This document shows positions 26,354-34,826 of a stretch of DNA of 41,422 nucleotides, in pieces (the stretch's first letter is position 1; the number at the start of each line of letters is the position of its first letter). The position numbers and the translations under genes were made by a program. Where the stretch lies: positions 1 through 41,422 of the forward strand of contig JBEIFT010000001.1 of NCBI GenBank assembly GCA_040382255.1, given 5' to 3'. The notes below the pieces were generated by a model that saw only the letters and a list, made by a program, of their open reading frames with translations, ran no database searches and was not told the origin of the DNA. This stretch comes from Phycisphaeraceae bacterium. GTDB lineage: Bacteria; Planctomycetota; Phycisphaerae; Phycisphaerales; SM1A02.

Positions 26354-27133
26354 ATGCCGCAGCCAGTGCCCAACCCCGCGATCCGGCCCGCGATCCTCCT
26401 TGAGGATCCGCGGATGATCGTTGCGTCGAAGCCCGCCGGGATCGTGACCGAACCGGGGCTCGGCCACCGCGACGACAGCCTGATGAATGGCCTCTTCGCC
26501 CTGTACGCGCGCGACCTTGCGCCGCTTGGCGAGCCCCGCGACTGGGGCCTGATCCACCGCCTGGACCGCGACGCGAGCGGCGCCGTGGTCGTTGCGCGCG
26601 ACGCGGCGGCCTACGACCGACTGCGCGCGCAGTTCGCGGGCCGCACCGTCGGCAAGCGCTACCTGACGCTCGTCGAAGGACGCCCGCCCACCAAGAACGG
26701 CGAGATCACCCTGCCCATCGAGGAGGCGCGTCGCGGCGACATGAAGGTCGCGCTGGTGCGGCGCGGCGGCGGCGGCCCGGACGTCGAGCACGCGATCACC
26801 CGCTGGCGCACGATCGGCACGGGCCACGGCCGCACGCTTCTGGAGGTGGACCTGGAGACCGGCCGCCTGCACCAGATCCGCGCCCACATGGCGGAGCTCG
26901 GCTGCCCCGTCGTGAACGACCGCGTCTACCGCGTCGACCTGCCGCCGAACACCAGCCGCCCGCCGAAGGGACGCGCACCGCTCCCGATCGCGCTCCACGC
27001 GTGGACGATCTCGTTCGACCACCCCGAGACCGGCAAGCGGACGTCGGTCACCGACCCCCTGCCGCCGTTCCTCATGGAGCTTCTGCGTTCGGCAGGGATC
27101 CCTTCGCCGCCGGCACCCCAGCCGGCGGCGTGA
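26354..27133 (+). CDS. RluA-family pseudouridine synthase (second copy in the window)
   Basis: Blocks ASKPAGI, HRLDRDASGAVVVA and GRLHQIRAHMAELGCPVVNDRVY. ATG at 26354. Confidence 0.85.
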   Translation: MPQPVPNPAIRPAILLEDPRMIVASKPAGIVTEPGLGHRDDSLMNGLFALYARDLAPLGEPRDWGLIHRLDRDASGAVVVARDAAAYDRLRAQFAGRTVGKRYLTLVEGRPPTKNGEITLPIEEARRGDMKVALVRRGGGGPDVEHAITRWRTIGTGHGRTLLEVDLETGRLHQIRAHMAELGCPVVNDRVYRVDLPPNTSRPPKGRAPLPIALHAWTISFDHPETGKRTSVTDPLPPFLMELLRSAGIPSPPAPQPAA

Positions 27134-28880
27134 GCTCGCGTCGCTGCAGCAGCCTGCGCACGGCATCGCGCACCGTCGCCGCGGGCAGCGCATGCGTCGC
27201 CGTGCGGTCGAACCGTGCGATGTTGATCCCGACGACGTGACCGTCCAGGTCGAGCACCGGGCCGCCGACCTGTTCGGGCCACACGTTCGCATCGTGCGCC
27301 AGCACGCGGCCGAATCCGGTCGAGACCTCCGAGATCGGCGTCGTCGTGTTGCCGCGTCGCGCAGGGCGCGCACCGGGCGCATCCTCACGGCGCGCAAGCG
27401 TCGCCGCCACCTGCAGCCGCTCGCCCTCGCGGATGATGCCCAGTTCCACGCGGTCGCCGATCTCGCGCTGCAGGATCGCGCGCCGCAGCGCGGTGCGCCC
27501 ACCGAGCGGCCGGCCGTCGATCGACGCGATCACGTCGCCGACGCGCACGCCCGCCTCGGCCGCGGCGCTCCCGGGCACGACCTCGTCGACGCGCAGCCCG
27601 ACCTTCAGGCCCAGCTCGCGTGCGTCGGCGGGCTCGAGCGGCTCGCTGCGCACGCCCAGGTACGGGCCACCCCACGGCTCGCGGTCGCTCTCGCGCTCCT
27701 CGATCGCCGCGAACCCGAGCGCAGGGCCGTTCGGCCCGAAGCGCGGGGAGAGCAGCACCGCGCCCGGCTCGACGGCGCCGTTCCACGCAAGCTCGACGCC
27801 GGTCGCGGGGCCGCCGTCGATCGCCAGCACCGCCAGGTCAAGCCGCGGGTCGATCCCCACGACGTACGCGGTCGCGTCCACGCCGGCCGCGTCCTGCAAC
27901 GCCACCGCGGCGCCGACCGAGCGGTCGGGGAGCAGCGAAGCCTTCGCAACCGCGTGACCGGCGTCGTCGATGCGCGTGGCGACCGCAACCGCGCCGCCGT
28001 TCCGCATCACGCGGAACATCGATCGCAGCGCCGCATCCGCCACGGGGCGCAGCGGCGCGCTGCGCTGCACCGCCAGGCGTCCATCCGGCGACGTCCCGGA
28101 CACGAACCTCGTCCGCACCGGCTCGTCCGAGCGGGTGAACGGCAGCACCATGGCGGTCTCGTCGTGGCCGTCACGGAACTCCCAGATGCGCTCGCGCAAC
28201 CGGTCGACCGGCGTGGCGGCGTTCTCCCACGGCTGGTGTCCGCAGCGCGCGTTCAGCGCGACCACCTCGCCGCGCAGGTTGAAGCTTGGACCGCCCGAGT
28301 CGCCCGCATCGATCGGGGCGTCGAACAGCACCTCGCGCGGGCTGGCATGCAGCACGCGCCCGACGCGCACCAGCGCGGGGCGCTGCTCGTCGGGTGGTCC
28401 CTGCGTGTAGCCCAGCGCGACCAGCCAGTCGCCCTGCGCCAGCCCGCTGCTGGTGCCGAGCGGGACGGCATCCAGCATGCGGCCCTGCGTATCCAGCTGC
28501 AGCAGGCCGCAGTCCAGCGGGCCATCGTTCGCCTGCCCGAGCGCGCGGCCCCGGAGCACGGTGCCGTCGGACAGCACGGCCTCGATGCGGCGGCCAGACC
28601 GGCCCCCGACATGCCCGCACGTGGCCACCAGCCCGTCGGCGCTGATCACCACGCCGGTGCCCGAGGACGGCCCCTCGCCGCCGCCCTGCGTGCGCAGGAG
28701 CACGACCGCGGGCCGCACCTCGCGGACCACGCGCTCCACCTCGGCCTCGAGCGTGCGGAGTTCCTCGACGCTGTCGACCCGGTCGAACCGGTCCTGCCCG
28801 CGCGCCACCGAAGCGCGATCGCCCCCGTCCGCGGGTGCGGCAACGAGGGCGATCGCGAGCAGTGCGGGGATGAACGGCAT
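27072..28880 (-). CDS. HtrA/DegP-like trypsin-fold serine protease with a PDZ domain and a second, apparently inactive, protease-like domain
   Basis: Domain 1 has ATCGHV (His), DCGLLQL (Asp) and GDSGGPSF (Ser). The PDZ runs VDEVVPGSAAAEAGVRVGDVIASIDGRPL. The distal block HDANVWPEQVGGPVLDLDGHVVGINIA looks like a protease Ser-loop without the Ser. Confidence 0.85.
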   Translation of the reverse strand: MPFIPALLAIALVAAPADGGDRASVARGQDRFDRVDSVEELRTLEAEVERVVREVRPAVVLLRTQGGGEGPSSGTGVVISADGLVATCGHVGGRSGRRIEAVLSDGTVLRGRALGQANDGPLDCGLLQLDTQGRMLDAVPLGTSSGLAQGDWLVALGYTQGPPDEQRPALVRVGRVLHASPREVLFDAPIDAGDSGGPSFNLRGEVVALNARCGHQPWENAATPVDRLRERIWEFRDGHDETAMVLPFTRSDEPVRTRFVSGTSPDGRLAVQRSAPLRPVADAALRSMFRVMRNGGAVAVATRIDDAGHAVAKASLLPDRSVGAAVALQDAAGVDATAYVVGIDPRLDLAVLAIDGGPATGVELAWNGAVEPGAVLLSPRFGPNGPALGFAAIEERESDREPWGGPYLGVRSEPLEPADARELGLKVGLRVDEVVPGSAAAEAGVRVGDVIASIDGRPLGGRTALRRAILQREIGDRVELGIIREGERLQVAATLARREDAPGARPARRGNTTTPISEVSTGFGRVLAHDANVWPEQVGGPVLDLDGHVVGINIARFDRTATHALPAATVRDAVRRLLQRRELTPPAGVPAAKGSLPNAEAP

Positions 28881-28924
28881 GCGTCAGCGCCGCGGGCCGG
28901 GCGTCGGCCCGGACCGGGGCTTCG

Positions 28925-29698
28925 TCACGGGTTGGTCGCCGTCGACTTCGGGGCCTGCGGCGCAGCGGCGGGAGTTGCGGCCTGCGCGGCCGGGGCGCCG
29001 ATCGGACGGATCTTGATGTTGCGGTACCACACGACGTCACCGTGGTCCTGGATCGCGATGTGGCCGGCCGGGCGCTTGCCGAAGTCGGGCATCGACTTGA
29101 ACTTGCTGGCCGCGAGCTTGTCCTTCCACTCCTGGCTGGACATGTCGAACTCCGCGGTCGTGATGCCGTTGAGCGTGTACGTCACCTTGGGGCCGACGGC
29201 CATGATGCGGGCGGTGTTCCACTGGCCGGCGGGCTTCACCGCACCTTCGGGGGCGGGATACAGCGCGTAGCACGCGCCGGCCGAGGTCAGGCGGCTCTTG
29301 CCATCGGCGTGCTTGGCGTCGTCCAGGACCTGCATCTCGGGACCGGTCTCCCACGGCGAGCCATGGTCCTCGGTGACGCGCCACATGATGCCGCTGTTGC
29401 CGCCCTCGCTGATCTTCCAGTCGATCGAGAACTCGAAGTCCTTGTACTCGTCCTTCGTGACCAGGTCGCCGCCCTTGCCACGCAGGACCAGGCAGTCGTC
29501 CTCGACCTTCCACGCGTCGGGAACCTTGTCGCCCTTGTAGGCGCGCAGGTGCTCTCCGGCGTGGTCGCCGTCGAAGAGCAGCACCCAGCCGGCGGCCTTC
29601 TCGGCCCCGGTGAGCTCGTTCTGGTCGTCGGCATCGGCGGCAAGGCCGAGGCCGGTGGCGAGGATGGCGACGGACAGCGGGAGGACGATGCGGTTCAT
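28925..29698 (-). CDS. DUF1080 (3-keto-disaccharide hydrolase-like) domain protein, secreted
   Basis: Signal peptide MNRIVLPLSVAILATGLGLA. Blocks GWVLLFDG, WKVEDDCLV, DLVTKDEYKDFEFSIDWKISEGGNSGIMWR and GHIAIQDHGDVVWYRNIKIRPI. Confidence 0.85.
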   Translation of the reverse strand: MNRIVLPLSVAILATGLGLAADADDQNELTGAEKAAGWVLLFDGDHAGEHLRAYKGDKVPDAWKVEDDCLVLRGKGGDLVTKDEYKDFEFSIDWKISEGGNSGIMWRVTEDHGSPWETGPEMQVLDDAKHADGKSRLTSAGACYALYPAPEGAVKPAGQWNTARIMAVGPKVTYTLNGITTAEFDMSSQEWKDKLAASKFKSMPDFGKRPAGHIAIQDHGDVVWYRNIKIRPIGAPAAQAATPAAAPQAPKSTATNP

Positions 29699-30285
29699 GG
29701 GGCTCCTTGCTTGGTGCTTGTGTCGGGACGGGACGATGTTACCGGGGCCGCCGCGGGCACGGCCGGGCGGGGCGTGACGACGATGCGCGTGGGCGCGTCG
29801 CGCGAGAGGATCACGGCGACGACCTCCGTGTCGGATGCGACCTTGACGGGCGCGCCGTTCACGGCGACGTCGCACGCCGGGCGCGGGCCCGAGGCGCGGA
29901 TCGGGATGACCACGTCCACCGAGTAGTCCGGGGGCAGCTTCAACACCTCGTAGGTGAACTCGAGCGTCTCGTCGGCCGTGGCCTTCGTGCGCAGGTCGAC
30001 CAGGGCCGTGGTGCCCGCGACGCTGCGCACCGTGAAGTGCGTGACCCGGTCCGGCGATCGCGAGAACACCGCCTCGGCGCGGGTCAGCTGGTCCTTGAAG
30101 AGGAGCCGCGGCTGCGGCGCGGGCATCCACGGGATCGTCACCACGACCTCGTTCTTGCTCGTGTCCGTGCTGACGCGCGGCGCGCGGGCCTCGGGATCGG
30201 TTCCGCTGAGGACCTCCCGCACGCAGCCCGGCGCCACGATCGTGGCGAGGACCGACAGGACGGCGAGCGGCTTCGCTGCGTGCAT
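29695..30285 (-). CDS. hypothetical lipoprotein
   Basis: MHAAKPLAVLSVLATIVAPGC has a lipobox-like leader. Its stop overlaps the DUF1080 start (ATGA on the minus strand at 29695-29698). Only the last 196 codons of track ORF 29695..32292 look like real protein. Confidence 0.6.
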   Translation of the reverse strand: MHAAKPLAVLSVLATIVAPGCVREVLSGTDPEARAPRVSTDTSKNEVVVTIPWMPAPQPRLLFKDQLTRAEAVFSRSPDRVTHFTVRSVAGTTALVDLRTKATADETLEFTYEVLKLPPDYSVDVVIPIRASGPRPACDVAVNGAPVKVASDTEVVAVILSRDAPTRIVVTPRPAVPAAAPVTSSRPDTSTKQGAP

Positions 30286-30519
30286 GGCCCCGGATCCTAC
30301 GGAGCGCGCGGGCAGGCGGTTCAGGACCGGCGGCGCCGGGCACGCCCCTTCCGTTCCGGTACGTGGACGATCCGGACTGGCGTACCCCCAAATGCCGCGC
30401 GCTTGCCCCGGTCGCGCCCCGCTGCCGCCCCGTGGGCTCGTCCGCCCGGCCGGCGGTCGACAGCGGCCCCGGCGCCCCAAATTCAAGCGGCACCCGGGTC
30501 CCCCGACGAAAACCCCGTG

Positions 30520-32427
30520 ATGACGCGAAGCCTCCTTGCCACCGTTGCTGCCCTTGCGCTTGCCGCCCTGAGCCACGCCGGGATCGGCGCCGGAACGTAC
30601 GTGAGCCGGAACGACCTCGCCTCGACGACCTTCCAGGACGCGACGGACCCGGCATCCGGCCACGGCGTCTACCAGTCGACGCTGCAGGGGACCAACGCCT
30701 ACCTCGACTGGCAGGCGGGCGCCGTCACCATCTCGGGGACATGCTCCGGCACGCCGACCCTGATCGCGCGCTCGCAGGGCGTCGCGATCCTGCAGCTTGC
30801 ACAGGTCACGACCACGGCGGTGCAGTTCGCGATGAACCAGACGGTTCGCCCCGGGAACCAGATCGGCTGGGCCGTGGTGGACTCCAACGGCGACCCCGTG
30901 GTCGGCGTCAGCTACGACGGGAACACCTGCACCGCCAGCGGCGGCGCGCCCAGCGCGAGTTCCGGCACCACGACCGTCACGCTGCAGCCCGGCACGTACT
31001 TGCTGGTGATGCTTGCCGAGTGCACTTCGACGGGCGGCCTGTTCAGCCTCAGCGCGACGATGACGGCGGTGCCGAGCGGGCCGACCTTGCAGACCTCCGC
31101 GCGGCCGGTCGTGGCGGTCGGCGACGAGTTCGTGGCCAACGTCGGCATCTCGGGCATGGCCGCGGACGCCGTCGGCGTGCAGGCGCGCGTGCTGTATGAC
31201 GCCACGGCCCTGCAGTTCGTGCAGTTCGATCCGGGCAGCGACTTCCCGACCACCCTCTATGTCGCGAATGCCAACGGGGCGGTGAGCTTCGCCACGGGCG
31301 TGCAGGCGGGAAGTGCCGGCGGGATCCGCAGCGGCCAGGTCGCGCGCATCCGCTTCCGCGCGATCGCCCCGCGGTGCGCGGACGCCGCATCGATCGCCCT
31401 GGCGACCAGCGGCTTCCCGACCAGGATCACCCAGTTCGGCGGCCAGGCCCTGAGCTTCACGCCCACCGACGACGTCTCGGTCACGGCGCTTGTCCCCTTT
31501 GCGCTCACCGGCGTTCCGGGCGCGATCGCGGGCATTCCCGCCGATGCCGGCGTGCGCAGCGCGGCGGCGCCTGCCTTCGTCGGCGCGCCCGTCGCGGCGC
31601 AGGACAGCTGCGGGCGCCCGCTTGTCGCGGCCATCGCCGCCCAGCTTCCCGACGGCACCACGCTGACCTAGCTGCCGGCGACGTTCCCCGTGGGCACCAC
31701 GACGGTCACGTGGACGGCAACCGACGCCGCGGGGCAGGTCGCGACCGCGGTCCGCACGGTCCAGGTCGATGACCGCCAGGTGCTCCGGATCGCCACCACG
31801 CTCGGCGGCACCGTCACCGGCAACTCCACGCGCAGCCTCTCGGTCAGCTACGCCGGCGGCAGCGCAACGCAGGCCGTGACCGCCGCCTTCACGCAGGGCT
31901 CCGGCACCGCGGTCGGCACCGTCAGCCCGGCGGTGATCGGCACGCCCGGCTGCGTCTCGGCGAAGGACGTGCTGCACTCGCTGCGTACCAACGCGACCCC
32001 GTCCGTCGTCGGCACCGAATACGTCGCCTCGGCCACGCTGGTCCAGGGCGACTCCAACGACGACAACAACGTCGACATCCTGGACTTCGGCGCCTTCGTG
32101 GGCGATGCCGCATCGGGTGGGGTCACCCCGTCGTCGCGCTCGAACTTCAACGCCGACGGCGCGGTCAGCACCGCGGACTTCACGTTCATCTCCGCCAACT
32201 TCCTGGCGAGCGGCAGCACCTGCGGCCCGTCGTGGTCGGCACCGGCACCCCGCGCCCGCATCTCCGTGCGCGAACTGCGCCGCCTGGGCCAAGGCGCCCT
32301 TGCGATCGCCGACCTGAATGGCGACGGCTGGGTGGACGGGCAGGATGCGGCGGCGTGGCTGCGGGGCGTTCGCCCGGAGGCCCCTGCCGGCGCACCCACG
32401 GACCGCGGCGTTGCGCAGGCCGAGTGA
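30520..32427 (+). pseudogene. secreted cohesin-like / HYR / dockerin-like protein interrupted by one in-frame TAG (31669-31671)
   Basis: Signal peptide MTRSLLATVAALALAALSHAG. Cohesin-like block VVAVGDEFVANVGISGMAADAVGVQARVLYDATALQFVQF. The HYR-like module is split by the stop (PDGTTLT*LPATFPVGTTTVTWTATDAAGQ). Dockerin-like calcium-binding repeats GDSNDDNNVDILDFGAF, NFNADGAVSTADFTFISANF and ADLNGDGWVDGQDAAAW. Both pieces are in the same frame. Confidence 0.7.
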
Positions 32428-32447
32428 CGGCCCAACCGATGCAACCG

Positions 32448-32487
32448 AGAAAACGCACGCAGGCGCGCCGAAGTGGCGCGCCTGCGT
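32448..32487 (-). terminator. rho-independent terminator downstream of tRNA-Val (may also stop the convergent plus-strand gene)
   Basis: Perfect 13-bp stem ACGCAGGCGCGCC (32457-32469) / GGCGCGCCTGCGT (32475-32487) with a 5-nt loop. On the minus strand it is followed by GCGTTTTCT. Confidence 0.65.
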
Positions 32488-32491
32488 CAGG

Positions 32492-32565
32492 TGGACCGTA
32501 CTGGACTTGAACCAGTGACCTCCTCCGTGTCATGGAGGCGCGCTAGCCAGCTGCGCCAACGGTCC
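32492..32565 (-). tRNA. tRNA-Val (anticodon GAC)
   Basis: The reverse complement folds as a 74-nt cloverleaf. Acceptor GGACCGT/ACGGTCC, D arm GCGC-AGCTGGCTA-GCGC, anticodon arm CCTCC-ATGACAC-GGAGG, T arm ACTGG-TTCAAGT-CCAGT. Confidence 0.95.
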
Positions 32566-32625
32566 GGAGTCCCTTGCGGGAGCGAGGAGTATAGCACGAA
32601 CCCCGCTTCGGCCGATGTGCAGGGA

Positions 32626-33123
32626 ATGCAGGCCACCCGCATTCCCGAAGCCGATTCCCCGTCCCACCCCCGCCATGGCGACCACCGGATGAGCACCGGC
32701 AGCGGCCTTGCGCTGATCGGGCTGGGCCTGATCGGCATCGCCGCGGTCCAGGGCGTCCGCATGTTCCGGGACCTGCCCCAGCAGGCACGGTTCGAGCGGG
32801 CCGCCGAGCACGGCTCCTTCGGCGCCGCCATGCCGGTCGAGACGGTCACCGCGTGGGAACCCCAGCAGGCGATCGGCGCCGGCCGCGCGAGCCCGGGCAC
32901 GGGCCAGCCCTCGGTCCCGCCCCGCAGCGGACAGCTGGTCGGCATCGCGGCAAACCCGATTCCCAACGGCACCGCGATCTTCCGGCTCTGGTCATCCGGC
33001 CGCGTCGAGGCGATGATCACCACCGAGGACAACACCTGGGGCAAGTGGGTTGCCGTCGCTCCGGGGCTCTCGACCGACATGAAGCGGCCGCAGCCCGCCG
33101 AGGATCCCGACAACCCGCAGTGA
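32626..33123 (+). CDS. hypothetical membrane-anchored protein
   Basis: One N-terminal TM helix (GLALIGLGLIGIAAV), then a soluble region with normal composition. The start is uncertain (ATG 32626 or ATG 32689). The part of the track ORF upstream of 32626 runs through the antisense of the tRNA. Confidence 0.5.
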   Translation: MQATRIPEADSPSHPRHGDHRMSTGSGLALIGLGLIGIAAVQGVRMFRDLPQQARFERAAEHGSFGAAMPVETVTAWEPQQAIGAGRASPGTGQPSVPPRSGQLVGIAANPIPNGTAIFRLWSSGRVEAMITTEDNTWGKWVAVAPGLSTDMKRPQPAEDPDNPQ

Positions 33124-33138
33124 CGCGCGCCGCGCGGC

Positions 33139-34800
33139 TCACCCGCCGAACGCCGCCACGCACGCCTTCATGCGCGCAAGCGTCGACGCCTTGCCCAGGA
33201 TCGCAAGCGTGTCGAAGATCGGTGGGCTGACCGTGCCGCCGCTGACGGCGATGCGGAGCGGCTGCGCGGCCTTGCCCAGCTGGCCGCCGGCGTGCGCGTC
33301 CGCGTAGGCCTTGATCGCGGCCTCGAGCGACGCGGAATCCCAGGCGCCCAGGCCCTCGAGCACCGGCAGCAGCGCCTTCAGGTGGTCCAGCCCGTTCGGG
33401 GCGGCGCCCAGCATGGCCTTCTCGGTGTTCTTCGAGCGCTCGTGCACCAGCGCGGCGTCCGGGGTCACGAAGAACCGGTTGCTGCGGAACATCTCGTCCA
33501 GCGTCTTCGACCGCTCGTGGCTGGCGTCGCAGAGCAGCCGGAACTGCTCGGGCGCCAGCTTCCCCATGAACGCCGCGTGGTACGAACGGCCGTGGTCGCC
33601 GGCGCGGCGGACGAATTCCTCGCGCGGCATGGCGGTGACCGCGTCGCAGTTGAACGAAAGCAGCTTCGTGCGGTCGAACCTGGCCGGGGTCTTGACCACG
33701 CGCTTCAGGTCGAAGCGCTGCTTCAGGAACTCGTTGTCGAACTTCTCGATGTTCTCGCCCGGGCTCCACCCGTTCAGCGAGAGGAAGTTGCACAGCACCT
33801 CGGGCAGGTAGCCGCTGCGGCGGAAGTCGTCGACGTTGATCTCGGGCAGCGCCACGTCCATCGCGGCGGCCAGCGCGTTCGCCTCGTCGAAGTCGAGCTG
33901 CGTGTTCTTGTCGCCCAGCCACTTGGTCCAGCGGTCGGCGGCCACGGTGCCGGCGGGCGGCGCCTGCAGCCCACGCTCGGCGACCGTCTTGCGCAGCACC
34001 TTGTCCTTGTCGCGCTTGGACATCTTGCTGCCGTCCGGGTTCATGATGATCGGCAGGTGGCCGTAGACCGGCCGGCGGTAGCCCAGCGCGTCCTGCAGCA
34101 CCATGTGCTTGGCGGTGTTGTTGAAGTGCTCCTGCGCGCGCAGCACGTGGGTGACGCCCATCAGCTCGTCGTCCACGACCACCGCGAAGTGGTACGTCGG
34201 GAAGCCGTCCGCCTTGCGGATGACGAAGTCGTCCACCTCGCCCGCAGGCAGCGTGGCCTCGCCCAGGATCTCGTCCGTGATGGTGATCGGCCCGTGCGGC
34301 GTGCGGAAGCGAATGACCGCGGGACGGCCCTCCTTCAGCCAGGCGGCGACGGTCTCCTTCGGCAGCGCGGCCATCGACGAGCCGTCGTAGCGGTAGGCCA
34401 GGTTCGCGGCCTTGGCGGCGGCGCGCTTGGCGTCCAGCTCCTCGGCGGTGTCGAAGGCGTAGTAGGCCTTGCCGGCGTCGACCAGGCGCTGGAGCTCGCG
34501 GTCGTAGATGTCCAGGCGCTCGCTCTGGAAGTACGGGCCGTTCGGCCCGCCGCCGCAGCCCTCGTAGGCCGGGCCCTGGTCCCAGTCGATCCCCAGCCAC
34601 TTCAGGTCCTTCAGGAAGCCGACGCTGGCCGCGTCGCTGGAGCGCTTCTGGTCGGTGTCCTCGATGCGCAGCAGGAACTGCCCGCCGCGGCCCTTGGCGT
34701 AGGCCCAGCACAGGAGCGCCGTGCGGGCGCCGCCGACGTGCAGGTGGCCGGACGGGCTGGGGGCAAAGCGCGTGACGATGGTGGAGGCGGGTGCGGTCAT
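33139..34800 (-). CDS. gltX: glutamate--tRNA ligase
   Basis: Class I signatures: FAPSPSGHLHVGGARTAL (HIGH) and GSKMSKRD (KMSKS), plus RIEDTD and GYLPEVLCNFLSLNGW. Start set at ATG 34800 (MTAPAST). Confidence 0.9.
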   Translation of the reverse strand: MTAPASTIVTRFAPSPSGHLHVGGARTALLCWAYAKGRGGQFLLRIEDTDQKRSSDAASVGFLKDLKWLGIDWDQGPAYEGCGGGPNGPYFQSERLDIYDRELQRLVDAGKAYYAFDTAEELDAKRAAAKAANLAYRYDGSSMAALPKETVAAWLKEGRPAVIRFRTPHGPITITDEILGEATLPAGEVDDFVIRKADGFPTYHFAVVVDDELMGVTHVLRAQEHFNNTAKHMVLQDALGYRRPVYGHLPIIMNPDGSKMSKRDKDKVLRKTVAERGLQAPPAGTVAADRWTKWLGDKNTQLDFDEANALAAAMDVALPEINVDDFRRSGYLPEVLCNFLSLNGWSPGENIEKFDNEFLKQRFDLKRVVKTPARFDRTKLLSFNCDAVTAMPREEFVRRAGDHGRSYHAAFMGKLAPEQFRLLCDASHERSKTLDEMFRSNRFFVTPDAALVHERSKNTEKAMLGAAPNGLDHLKALLPVLEGLGAWDSASLEAAIKAYADAHAGGQLGKAAQPLRIAVSGGTVSPPIFDTLAILGKASTLARMKACVAAFGG

Positions 34801-34826
34801 GGCGTGAAGCCCGGTAAGGTACAGGA

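Noticed and set aside
26305-26373. Longer N-terminal extension of the deacetylase-like ORF (MGTGCGMVRMIAMVTRRRPPRHA...).
   Set aside because: It would overlap the divergent RluA start and adds only Arg-rich residues. The conserved part begins right after the internal ATG at 26304. The true start remains unverified.
31669-31671. Programmed recoding of the in-frame TAG (for example pyrrolysine).
   Set aside because: No Pyl machinery or recoding signal is visible in the window. TAG is used as an ordinary terminator at 813-815. A nonsense mutation or a sequencing error is the simpler explanation.
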